Shown: positions 1-8,609 of the stretch, in pieces
Layout: each line of letters begins with the position of its first letter
Position numbering within the stretch: position 1 is the first letter of the stretch
Assembly (NCBI RefSeq): GCF_042651565.1
Contig: NZ_JBHSDF010000004.1
From: Salinispirillum marinum
GTDB lineage: Bacteria > Pseudomonadota > Gammaproteobacteria > Pseudomonadales > Natronospirillaceae
DNA: 24,000 bases
Direction: 5' to 3' (one strand)
The notes under the pieces: model-generated
Databases searched by the model: none
The model's input: the letters and a program-made list of their open reading frames with translations, nothing else
Told to the model about the DNA's origin: nothing
Made by a program: the position numbers and the translations under genes

Positions 1-129
1 CTGGCCAAAGCCACTGAAATTAACCACCGCTATCACTCCGGACAAGACGATGAAAATCAACAACAAAGCGGGTGAAAGTAAAGACTTGATCATGACGCCC
101 AAGCGTACAGTCGAGAAAGGGTTTCTCAT
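1..129 (-). CDS. Partial CDS (N-terminus only, runs off the left edge): hypothetical membrane-anchored protein
   Basis: Manual reverse translation from the ATG at 127-129 gives MRNPFSTVRLGVMIKSLLSPALLLIFIVLSGVIAVVNFSGFGQ, open to position 1. It contains a clear hydrophobic helix. There is no convincing SD, and an alternative ATG lies at 91-93. It is too short for the ORF track. Confidence 0.35.
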   Translation of the reverse strand, partial: MRNPFSTVRLGVMIKSLLSPALLLIFIVLSGVIAVVNFSGFGQ

Positions 130-422
130 GCTATGGCCTATTTGTGTTGAGGAGGCGGTGCGCTGAACGGCACACACTGCTCTCTAGTTATTGTTATGGT
201 TGTACCAGTCCCTAGCAATAACTGGGCCGATGCTCTAATCCCGCCTTATTTGCAGGCGTTGCTTCACATTTGTGACCAATGTTCGGCGGATAGTCACCCA
301 AAGTGTAGTCCAAACTGGCGAGTATCCACTCATTTTTGCGAAACTGCCGTCTGACGCTTTTGCATCTCAATCGGGTGTGCTATTTCTACCACCTCGATAG
401 CAAAATTTGGGCAACAGGTATT

Positions 423-2795
423 ATGCGTTTGGTGACAGGCTTACGATGGATAAAGCGACTAACGGTACTCGTCAGTCTTGCCCTGGTTATCGGGCTTGGT
501 TTCTTTTACTGGCAACTGACCGGTAGTCTCGCCACCCTAGACGGCCAGCGCCTAGGGCTGCCACTGCATGCTGACGTGACCATTACCCGCGACCAACAGG
601 GTCTTCCCACCATCACCGCCACCACCCGACCCGACACCGCATTTGGCCTGGGCTATATTCATGCCCAAGATCGGTTTTTCCAGATGGATTTATTACGCCG
701 CAATTCGGCAGGGGAAATGAGTGCACTTTTTGGTGCGGTAGCCCTAGGGTACGACCAACGCATACGCGTGCATCAGTTTCGGCAACGCGGTAATGCGGCC
801 GTAAATGCCCTACCGCAAGCCCATCGTGATGTGTTGCACGCTTACACATTAGGCGTAAATGCAGGCTTGTCGGATTTGCGCAATCCGCCGTTTGAATACA
901 GCTTGCTGGGTGTTGAACCCACTCCATGGGTACCCGCGGATACCATGCTGGTACTGTATTCCATGTACCTGGACTTACAGCCCAACTGGAACGAACAAGA
1001 AGCCTCCCGCGCCGCCATGCTGGACCTGTTGCCCGCTGATTGGTTTAACTTTTTGCAACCCGAGGGTGGCGAGTGGGATGCGCCAATCAGTGGCACGCCG
1101 TATGTCTACGCCGCTGACCTACCTGAAACACCGCTGGCGCAGTTCTCTACCGCTCCAGATCCGCTGGCCTATCGCTATGCTGACCCCTTTGATGTCGGCT
1201 CCAACAGTTGGTCGGTGGCGGGCAGTCGCACCCGCTACCCTGCCGCCATGGTGGCGAACGACATGCACTTGGGATTGCGAGTACCCAATATCTGGTATCG
1301 CGCGACATGGGCCGTACCAGGCCACGACCGCAGCATTTCAGGGGCTACCCTGCCGGGCACTCCTGCCATGGTGGTCGGGTCGAATGAGCATATTGCATGG
1401 GCCTTTACCAACAGCAATGGTGACTACCACGACACCATCCTTTTACAGACCCGCCGGGATGATAGTGAGTATTTAACCCCTGACGGCTGGGTGCCTTTTG
1501 AGATACAGAACGAGGTTATTGCCATAAAGGATGCCGAACCCGTGGTGAGCGCTGTTAAACGCACCCGTTGGGGGCCGGTGATCGGGCGGAATCATAACGG
1601 TCAGTGGATGGTGATGCGCTGGGTCGCGCACGACCCGGCCGGTGCAAACCTGATGTTGATGGAACTGGAAGGTGTTGACAAGGCGGTAGACGCTCTGCCT
1701 ATCGCTGCGCAAACCGGTGTGCCAGGGCAAAATTTTGTGGTGGTGGACAAAGATGGCAACCAAGCGTGGAGCATCATGGGCCGCTTACCGCGCCGTGCGG
1801 GAGAGGGTTTTGATGGCCGCTTGCCGATGGACTGGTCCACTGGCACCCACTTTTGGAACGGCTATTTAACACCAGAGGAATACCCCCGGGTTATCAATCC
1901 AGCCACCGAGCGGATTTGGACCGGCAATGCTCGCATGGTATCCGGCGCAGATCTCGAACGCGTGGGCACCGCAGAATACGCTTTGGGCGCCCGCCAACAA
2001 CAAATACGCAACCGCTTATTGCAGAATCAGGTGTTTACCGAACAGGATTTTTTAGACCTGCAAATGGACAACCAAGCCATCTTCCTTGAGCGCTGGCAAG
2101 CACTGCTCAGTGCTGTTTTGGCACAACCAAATTCAGCGGAGCTGGCCGACGCCCAACAATATGTCGATAACTGGGCGGGGCGTGCGGATAAAAACGATGT
2201 GGGCTATTGGCTGGTCAAGCGCTTCCGCGAGAAAGTCATCAACGCTACCGCTGGCGAAGTCTTTCGTTATTTGGAACAGCAAGCACCCAACGTCTTTGTG
2301 ACCAGCCACATTAACCGCATGGTGGAATACCCGGTGTGGCAACTGGTGACCGAGGAACCGGCTGCACACCTACCTGCCGGTTACACTGACTGGACGACAT
2401 TCCTACGCGCGATAGCCTTCGAGATGGTGCAAGAACTCACCCAGAACGGTGGCGAGCCCTTGGCACAACACACATGGGGCAGGCACAATACGTTGGCCAT
2501 TGAACACCCCCTAGCGAACAACATTCCGCTGCTTGGCCGGTTCCTGAAAATGCCCGCCGAACCCATGCATGGCGACACCTTTATGCCCAATATCCAACGC
2601 CCGGACAATGGTGCATCACAGCGCATGGCGGTAGCACCCGGCCATGAAGAAAACGGAATATTTCACATGGCAACCGGCCAAAGCGCACACCCTCTGTCAC
2701 CGTTTTTTGACCGGGGGCATCGGGATTGGGTAGAAGGCCAGCCCTCACCGTTATTGCCGGGCGAAACGCGTTATAGGTTGAGGCTTTTACCCTAG
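423..2795 (+). CDS. Penicillin acylase family (S45 Ntn hydrolase), probable acyl-homoserine-lactone / N-acyl amide acylase with an N-terminal membrane anchor
   Basis: The 819-aa ORF starts at a TTG. The likely real start is the ATG at 423 (MRLVTGLRWIKRLTVLVSLALVIGLGFF = TM or signal anchor). Family pattern: GLGYIHAQDRFFQMDLLRR in the alpha part, and DVG-SNSWSVAG with the predicted autoprocessing nucleophile Ser at nt 1200-1202. Length and layout are typical of PvdQ/QuiP/HacB-type acylases. Confidence 0.85.
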   Translation: MRLVTGLRWIKRLTVLVSLALVIGLGFFYWQLTGSLATLDGQRLGLPLHADVTITRDQQGLPTITATTRPDTAFGLGYIHAQDRFFQMDLLRRNSAGEMSALFGAVALGYDQRIRVHQFRQRGNAAVNALPQAHRDVLHAYTLGVNAGLSDLRNPPFEYSLLGVEPTPWVPADTMLVLYSMYLDLQPNWNEQEASRAAMLDLLPADWFNFLQPEGGEWDAPISGTPYVYAADLPETPLAQFSTAPDPLAYRYADPFDVGSNSWSVAGSRTRYPAAMVANDMHLGLRVPNIWYRATWAVPGHDRSISGATLPGTPAMVVGSNEHIAWAFTNSNGDYHDTILLQTRRDDSEYLTPDGWVPFEIQNEVIAIKDAEPVVSAVKRTRWGPVIGRNHNGQWMVMRWVAHDPAGANLMLMELEGVDKAVDALPIAAQTGVPGQNFVVVDKDGNQAWSIMGRLPRRAGEGFDGRLPMDWSTGTHFWNGYLTPEEYPRVINPATERIWTGNARMVSGADLERVGTAEYALGARQQQIRNRLLQNQVFTEQDFLDLQMDNQAIFLERWQALLSAVLAQPNSAELADAQQYVDNWAGRADKNDVGYWLVKRFREKVINATAGEVFRYLEQQAPNVFVTSHINRMVEYPVWQLVTEEPAAHLPAGYTDWTTFLRAIAFEMVQELTQNGGEPLAQHTWGRHNTLAIEHPLANNIPLLGRFLKMPAEPMHGDTFMPNIQRPDNGASQRMAVAPGHEENGIFHMATGQSAHPLSPFFDRGHRDWVEGQPSPLLPGETRYRLRLLP

Positions 2796-2849
2796 TCGTT
2801 TCGGATAGATGAGCATTCTCAAGTACTCACCGGCAATGGAGATACAGGA

Positions 2850-3701
2850 ATGGACGAGTTGACGGGCGTAGTCATAGCTGTAGTACTGGGCATTTTGGCG
2901 TCCAGTTGCCTGCATTTGTCCCAAGGTTTTATGCGCCTTGGTATTGTTCGGATGCGCGCCTCAACGCCAGTGCCCGGCGGGCGTGTTTTTTACGTCATTG
3001 GCCTGCTGTTGAATTTCAGCGCACCCTTTTGGGTGATGGTCGCTAATGTGTTCGCACCTACTCTTTGGTTTACTTCCATGTTCGCCACAGGGCTGCTGAC
3101 TTTAATGGTGTTTTCTCACTATTATCTCAACGACCCCATTACCTGGCCAAAAACCTTTGGCGTGAGCGCCATATTGCTTGCCACTGGCCTGCTGGCGGTG
3201 ACGGGACTTTCCGCCATACAAGACTTCAAACCACCGCTTGTTCTGTTGCTGTCGGTTTCGCTAGCTTGGGTATTAGCCATGCCTACCTTAGCCATCCTGT
3301 GCCGACACGCGCGGCTGCCGATTCAGGAAATGCTGTTTGGTACAGCCGCAGGCGGCTTTTTTGCGTTGGATGCCCTGTGGAAGAGCGCGGCGCAACAGAT
3401 GGGGGGCGACACAACTCAGTTGCTGCCTGCAACGCCTCTGGGATGGCTCATTCTCATGGCCAGCTTCGGCGGTGCTGCAGGTGCCTTCGCCATGATGCAA
3501 TGGTCTTATCTGCGTTTCTGTCGAGCGTCTGCCGTGGTGGTCAGTTACAACATGATCTATGTTCTGCTGCCGCTGAGCTTGCTCGCTTTGATGGGAATTT
3601 GGGAGGCGTTCACCTTGCCTATGTTAGCGGCCATCGTGTTGCTGCTCGGTGGCGCGGCTTTGATTCAATTTAAGGGGCATGCTGACGTAATAAATCCGTG
3701 A
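2850..3701 (+). CDS. Polytopic inner-membrane protein of unknown function (about 9-10 predicted TM helices; DMT/NIPA-like at best)
   Basis: 283-aa ORF that is almost entirely hydrophobic helices. GGAG lies 8 nt upstream of the ATG. It sits 54 nt after the acylase stop on the same strand. No diagnostic motif was recognised. Confidence 0.6.
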   Translation: MDELTGVVIAVVLGILASSCLHLSQGFMRLGIVRMRASTPVPGGRVFYVIGLLLNFSAPFWVMVANVFAPTLWFTSMFATGLLTLMVFSHYYLNDPITWPKTFGVSAILLATGLLAVTGLSAIQDFKPPLVLLLSVSLAWVLAMPTLAILCRHARLPIQEMLFGTAAGGFFALDALWKSAAQQMGGDTTQLLPATPLGWLILMASFGGAAGAFAMMQWSYLRFCRASAVVVSYNMIYVLLPLSLLALMGIWEAFTLPMLAAIVLLLGGAALIQFKGHADVINP

Positions 3702-5481
3702 TCACGCCAGAGCTAGCGGGTTTACTGTGCCAGTAGCCTTGTCCATGGTCACTCCCTAATTTACGCAGCTGCTGAAACTGGTCGTCGGTTTCAATACCTT
3801 CGGTGATCACCTTAAGATTCAGGCGGTGTGCTAGGTCGATGATGGTTTGCATCATGAGTACATCCTGCTCGCCGTGCGCCAGATTCAATACGAAGCTGCG
3901 ATCAATCTTCAATTGTGTGATCGGCATACGGCGCAGATAGCTTAGGCTGGAGTAGCCTGTGCCAAAGTCATCAATGGCAAGCCGAATTCCGTGCTGACGC
4001 AAGGCCTGCATCACTTCGATACAGGCATCAATATCCCCCAAAAACGCCGTTTCTGTAATCTCCAATTCCAATGCCGATGGCGGCATCTGATGGGCTTCCA
4101 ACGCATGAATAACATCGGCCACAAAATCGGCACGCAGAAATTCCGTGGCTGACACATTAACCGCCATGGTGAAGGCGTCGTTGATCAACCCTGCTTGATA
4201 CCATTGCCGCCATTGCGCACAGGAGGTTTGCAATGCCCAGTCACCCAAGGCTTCAATTATGCCGGTGCGTTCGGCCATGGGTATGAAGATATCCGGAGGA
4301 ATGAAAATACCGTTGTGCTGCCAACGCATGAGTGCTTCTACGCCGATGGGCTGCCCGTCACTTAGCCGAATTTGCGGTTGGAAAAACATCGCTAGCTCTT
4401 GCTTATCTAAGGCGCTGCGCAAATGCTCTTCCATTTCAAGCCCGCGCTTTACTTCTTCGCCGAGATAACGGTCGTACCAGACCAACTCTTGGTCTTCCGA
4501 TTGTTGGGCGTGATGCAGCGCGGTGTTGGCGTCATCTATCAGCTCATCAACCGTCATGCCTTTGGTGAAATGCACCAGACCCATACGTGCGTTGAGCTGG
4601 AACTCCCGTTCACCGACAAATACGGGCTTACTGACTGCTTGCACGAACTCTTCAGCCGACTTTTTTTCGCAGGCCTCGTCGTCGGCAAGAATGAGTACGC
4701 CAAAGATATAGCCGTCAAAACGATAGACTCGCCGCTGGCAGGTCGGGTCACTGTCTTCGTACTCGTTTTGGAAGGTGGTAGCCAAGCGGCATATCACTTG
4801 GTCGGCCACTTGGTAGCCGTCACGCACAGCGCTGGTGGCTAGACCACGCACCCAACTGAGCCCTAAGGTAACGCGTTGACCGGAGGCAATCTTCTGCTTT
4901 AAGTCTAGTTCGAGCGCACGCCGATTGGGCAGTTGCGTAATGCTGTCGTGGCTGGCTTGCCACTCCAATAAACACTTGGACTCTTCGCGCTCGGTCACGT
5001 TCTCTACATAGATATGTGCGCGGCCAAGTTCAGCCACCACGTGTACCCGGTATTCGTAAATTTCGAGGTCAACACGATGCTGCCATAGGTCATTGTTTAT
5101 GTGACGCTGTTCAAGGTGATGCAAACGCGTAACGTAGTCATTAGGCAACAAGTTTTCCAGCGCGCCAGAGGATTCCGGCAATTGAGCCAGCAAAGCCTTG
5201 GCAGCCGGATTAATGTACATCACACAGCCATCGTGCAGAGACACCGAGAACACCGGATTGGGGTTAAAATGCGGAAAGACTTCATCACCGCTGTTGCGCA
5301 CGGCGCTGTACGTGGAAACCAAAAAGGGCACACAGAAATTGAGCAGCACCATTCCCCACCTTATGTCTTCGTCTCCCAGAATGGCACCGCCTTGGTTGAT
5401 CGCGTTCAGTACCAGGCCGACGACCGCACTGATTTTGACGGCATTGATGAGCATGGGCTTGGTGGGCAAACTGTGCAACAT
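3670..5481 (-). CDS. c-di-GMP phosphodiesterase: N-terminal 2-TM module (NrtS-like), PAS-like region, degenerate GGDEF, intact EAL domain
   Basis: EAL-domain motifs are present: GVEALMRW, ELEITE, DDFGTGYSSLSYL, KIDRSF, EGIET, GQGYW. The GGDEF domain opens with DSITQLPNRRAL, but the active-site position reads RFDGYIF instead of GG(D/E)EF. AGGAAG lies 6 nt upstream of the ATG at 5479-5481. Confidence 0.85.
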   Translation of the reverse strand: MLHSLPTKPMLINAVKISAVVGLVLNAINQGGAILGDEDIRWGMVLLNFCVPFLVSTYSAVRNSGDEVFPHFNPNPVFSVSLHDGCVMYINPAAKALLAQLPESSGALENLLPNDYVTRLHHLEQRHINNDLWQHRVDLEIYEYRVHVVAELGRAHIYVENVTEREESKCLLEWQASHDSITQLPNRRALELDLKQKIASGQRVTLGLSWVRGLATSAVRDGYQVADQVICRLATTFQNEYEDSDPTCQRRVYRFDGYIFGVLILADDEACEKKSAEEFVQAVSKPVFVGEREFQLNARMGLVHFTKGMTVDELIDDANTALHHAQQSEDQELVWYDRYLGEEVKRGLEMEEHLRSALDKQELAMFFQPQIRLSDGQPIGVEALMRWQHNGIFIPPDIFIPMAERTGIIEALGDWALQTSCAQWRQWYQAGLINDAFTMAVNVSATEFLRADFVADVIHALEAHQMPPSALELEITETAFLGDIDACIEVMQALRQHGIRLAIDDFGTGYSSLSYLRRMPITQLKIDRSFVLNLAHGEQDVLMMQTIIDLAHRLNLKVITEGIETDDQFQQLRKLGSDHGQGYWHSKPASSGVITDLLRQHAP

Positions 5482-5501
5482 ACAATACTTCCTGTCCGGC
5501 G

Positions 5502-6425
5502 TTATTGAACGTCAATGAACCTTGCTTTCACCTTAGCATTGATTTCCGCTACCGGCACAATAATCCCCAGTTCAAGAGCGTTGCCAAAATCGGCATCGAA
5601 TACGGTTTCGCCGCACCAAATGCCGGTCGACAAGGACATATAAGACTGCAACACGGGTGGGATGCTCATGTCGTGCGGCAACAGTGCATCACGCAGTTGG
5701 CGGATACGCTCGTCGGCGCTGTTGTTCTCGCCAAAGGCCGCCGCGGCGTGCGTGGGTTCATATCGGCAGGTTTGGCGCGCCACTAAATAGGGTTCCGGCG
5801 GAGCATAATGTGCCTGCATGGTACTGACTAATAGGTCGCGGCCGGTGTAGTTCAGGGTTTGGTACAACGACACATTGCCAAAGAAATACTGCACCTCAGG
5901 GTGTTTGCGCAGCAATGCGCCCAAGCCTACCCACGTTGCAAAGAAGCCCAACGCGCCCTTTTTGGCGGCGCGGTTGACCACCGAGCGGCCCAGTTCAATG
6001 GCATAGGGCAGGATGTTGCGTTGGAACGAAAGAGAATAATCAAACAAGCCAAAAGTTCGCAAACACTCTGGACCAAACACGGCCACCTTAGCACCCAACT
6101 GATAGCGGTACATGGCGACCATTTCTTGATATTCGGGGTCCCAGGCCACCAACTGCGAATAGCACTGTTCGCCGTAGTCACGGTGGTCGAGGTCCAGCTC
6201 TTCGCCTCGTCCGGCACCGACGGCGCGGAAACCGGCTTCGCGCAATCGCCCTATTTCTTCCATCGCGGCTGGGCATTCGTCGCCAGTGAAACTGTAGATA
6301 TTCAGGCCACGAAACTGTGCCAGCGGTGCCAACGCGGCGAGTTCTTGCGCCACGCTGTTCTTGATGACGGCGGAGATGGCAATTGGGTCTGCTTGAGCAA
6401 GAGTCGATTGATGCGCGAGTGTCAT
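5502..6425 (-). CDS. GNAT-fold N-acyltransferase of the OlsB / putative hemolysin (COG3176, Acetyltransf_5) type; predicted lyso-aminolipid (N-acyl amino acid) synthase
   Basis: The pattern EIGRLREAGFRAVGAGRGEELDLDHRDY...LVAWDPEYQEMVAMYRYQ...ELGRSVV is typical of OlsB-like N-acyltransferases. The real start is the ATG at 6423-6425, with GGAG 7 nt upstream, and it overlaps the upstream stop as ATGA. The 53-aa extension in the track ORF (to 6584) lies inside the upstream gene. Confidence 0.75.
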   Translation of the reverse strand: MTLAHQSTLAQADPIAISAVIKNSVAQELAALAPLAQFRGLNIYSFTGDECPAAMEEIGRLREAGFRAVGAGRGEELDLDHRDYGEQCYSQLVAWDPEYQEMVAMYRYQLGAKVAVFGPECLRTFGLFDYSLSFQRNILPYAIELGRSVVNRAAKKGALGFFATWVGLGALLRKHPEVQYFFGNVSLYQTLNYTGRDLLVSTMQAHYAPPEPYLVARQTCRYEPTHAAAAFGENNSADERIRQLRDALLPHDMSIPPVLQSYMSLSTGIWCGETVFDADFGNALELGIIVPVAEINAKVKARFIDVQ

Positions 6426-8062
6426 GATGAAGTCTCCTTCAAGACAAGAGAGGACGTAGCCTGAGCGAGCGCCGGATGCGGACGCGCCAGCCGCCCATAT
6501 TGTGCACGGACAATCGCCATGCGCTGTTGATCGTTCGGGGCGAGCTGTTCGAGATCCTCGGCACGGATGGTTTCCCCCACGCACACATCGAAGGTGCGGG
6601 TAGCGGGTTTCAACAGCTCGCGCGGCAGCAAGGCCATTTCAAGGTTCAGCGCGGCATTGAAGCGCTGGCGCAAAGCCGCGACGCCATGAAACAACCATGA
6701 ATTCGTGCCTTCTAGGTGGATAGGCACCAATGAGCGACCATAGCGTCGGGCCAGAGTCACAGGCATGCTGTGCCATTCAAAGTCGGTCAGTTGGCCCTGT
6801 TGTTTGCGCGCGGTGCGCCCGGCCGGGAACACTAAAATGGCGGCGTCGGTGGCGAAGGCGGCATGCAGATTGCGCACCGACTGGCGCGAAGAACGATATC
6901 GATCCACCGGCACGACCAAGGGTTGCAGGGGCGGAATCAAGGTCAGCAAATCCGTCACCACCACCTTCACCTCCGGATAGTAACTTTGCAACCACGCGAG
7001 CAGAATCAGGCCATCTAGGCCACCGGTTGGGTGATTCGCCACAAATACCGGACGTGCTGCGACCGTGGGTAGCGTTGCGCCATTAAGCACCTGTGCGCTA
7101 ACGCCCAAACGCTGCAACACTTGCGCGGGAAAACGACGCGCATTGGTGTCCGAAAGGGCCATTAACGCTTGGTTGAATTGGCGCACTTGCGTTATCCACA
7201 ATAACAACCGCAACGGCCAACCGCGCAAGCGCTGCCAAAGCGTTGGATTTTTGTCCTGTAACAACCGTTCAACGTCTACCGGCGGTGCAATGGGTGGTAC
7301 AACGGGCGCACTGTGCGGCAGGGGCTGCCAATGGGTTTTTAACGTCTGTATGCTCGTCGGCTCGGCTCCCGGTACAGGTGTACCCGGCCAATATTCCATG
7401 CGCGTTAAACCCGGCTGTACCTGAATGCGTGTTAGGCTGACGGTGGCGCGGTCGCGCCGGTTCATCGCAACCGATGCCCATGGCATCCACCCGTGGCGTT
7501 GGCAATGCGCTTGTAGCTGGTGTTCAGGCGTCCAAATTCGCCAACCTTGGAGTTCGGTTGCCCAGCGGGAGAAAAAATACCGCCGCAGCAGGGGAATCCA
7601 CTGCGGCAGTAATGAGGAAGTACTGAACGGTGAGCTGGGAGCTACCGTCTCTGACCATGCCTGTGCCGACCAACGCCAGCATAGCGGTTCTTGGGTTTGC
7701 CAAAAGACAAAAACAACGCAAGGCGCGAAGTCCATTGGAGCGGTATTCTGCAACAACGAACGCACCGCCATCGGCGTGGCACAAGCACTCAGGGAGCGCA
7801 CCAAGCGGCCACGACTCTGGGTAGCCATGGTAGTTCGGTGTTGTTGTTCAGCGGCATAGTCGTTCAGCAAGCAAATCGTTAGCCCTTGGTCGTTGGTGGC
7901 TAGCCAGAAACCATCACCTTCAGGGTCATGCGGAGCCAGTATCTCGCGCCCGCCTTCATTGAACACCATCGGCGGCTCGGCTGCGATGCGACTGCGCCGT
8001 TCATCCCGGCTGAACACAATGTTCAATGTGCCCTGATGATGTTGCCAACTTAGGGTGCACAT
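6422..8062 (-). CDS. Two-domain fusion: NRDE/TANGO2-family (DUF833-like) N-terminal domain, Pro-rich linker, and PlsC/OlsA-type lysolipid O-acyltransferase domain
   Basis: N-terminus: MCTLSW (Met-Cys start), SRDE at the NRDE-motif position, GFWLATNDQGL, SRGRLV. Linker: PGTPVPGAEPTS...PLPHSAPVVPPIAPP (about nt 7277-7387). C-terminal domain: FVANHPTGGLDG (His codon at 7031-7033) and VFPAGRTAR (Phe codon at 6827-6829), the acyltransferase catalytic and binding boxes. Confidence 0.7.
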   Translation of the reverse strand: MCTLSWQHHQGTLNIVFSRDERRSRIAAEPPMVFNEGGREILAPHDPEGDGFWLATNDQGLTICLLNDYAAEQQHRTTMATQSRGRLVRSLSACATPMAVRSLLQNTAPMDFAPCVVFVFWQTQEPLCWRWSAQAWSETVAPSSPFSTSSLLPQWIPLLRRYFFSRWATELQGWRIWTPEHQLQAHCQRHGWMPWASVAMNRRDRATVSLTRIQVQPGLTRMEYWPGTPVPGAEPTSIQTLKTHWQPLPHSAPVVPPIAPPVDVERLLQDKNPTLWQRLRGWPLRLLLWITQVRQFNQALMALSDTNARRFPAQVLQRLGVSAQVLNGATLPTVAARPVFVANHPTGGLDGLILLAWLQSYYPEVKVVVTDLLTLIPPLQPLVVPVDRYRSSRQSVRNLHAAFATDAAILVFPAGRTARKQQGQLTDFEWHSMPVTLARRYGRSLVPIHLEGTNSWLFHGVAALRQRFNAALNLEMALLPRELLKPATRTFDVCVGETIRAEDLEQLAPNDQQRMAIVRAQYGRLARPHPALAQATSSLVLKETSS

Positions 8063-8580
8063 AATGACTGCTCCACACCCTGCGACGTTTCATAGCGGCG
8101 TGTGGATGGGTTAACGCCGAAACCCGGTGGCATGGCGCCGCCCTGTATCACCACCAGCATTTCCACCAAAGCAAAGTGATGAATGCTGTGTTGCGTGAGA
8201 AATACCAGCTCGCGGGCTAATGTCGTTGTGACCGGTGCGTTATCATCGTCGGTGCAGTAGTGGAGGATCAACGCTCGGTCACCGTGCTTTATATGTGTTG
8301 CTAGCTCAGTCTGGACGCACTGCAACAACATCAACGCATACGATGAATCGACCTCGACACGCGGGTCACGCTGACGATGTTCGTAGTCGATGTCGGTGCC
8401 ACTTGATAAGGCGACAGACAAGGCGAGATAGTGATCCAGGATATGCCGCACGTGGCGGCCGGGCGTTTGCCCATGTGGTAGCAATTCACAATGGCCGCTG
8501 TACTCCGTGTGGTTTACATGCGCCAGCCAGTTCTCCAAGCGTTGCATGACACCGACGGCTTCGTGCCACAGCAGGCTCAT
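8050..8580 (-). CDS. DinB-superfamily (DinB_2-like) putative metal-dependent enzyme
   Basis: His-rich motifs are spaced as in the DinB four-helix-bundle family: RHILDHYLAL near the N-terminus and LTQHSIHHFALV near the C-terminus. The preferred start is the ATG at 8578-8580, with AGGAAA 4 nt upstream. The 3' end overlaps the next gene by 13 nt. Confidence 0.62.
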   Translation of the reverse strand: MSLLWHEAVGVMQRLENWLAHVNHTEYSGHCELLPHGQTPGRHVRHILDHYLALSVALSSGTDIDYEHRQRDPRVEVDSSYALMLLQCVQTELATHIKHGDRALILHYCTDDDNAPVTTTLARELVFLTQHSIHHFALVEMLVVIQGGAMPPGFGVNPSTRRYETSQGVEQSLCAP

Positions 8581-8609
8581 GTCGTTTCCTATCCGTTGAT
8601 CACCTACCA

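Noticed and set aside
6426-6584. N-terminal extensions in the ORF track: GNAT to 6584, acylase from 336, dctP to 23220, mgtE from 9652 and hemH from 11052 (non-ATG starts).
   Set aside because: The extensions overlap upstream genes or leader structures, lack an SD, and give non-protein-like sequence. Internal ATGs with good SDs, and signal peptides where expected, are better starts.
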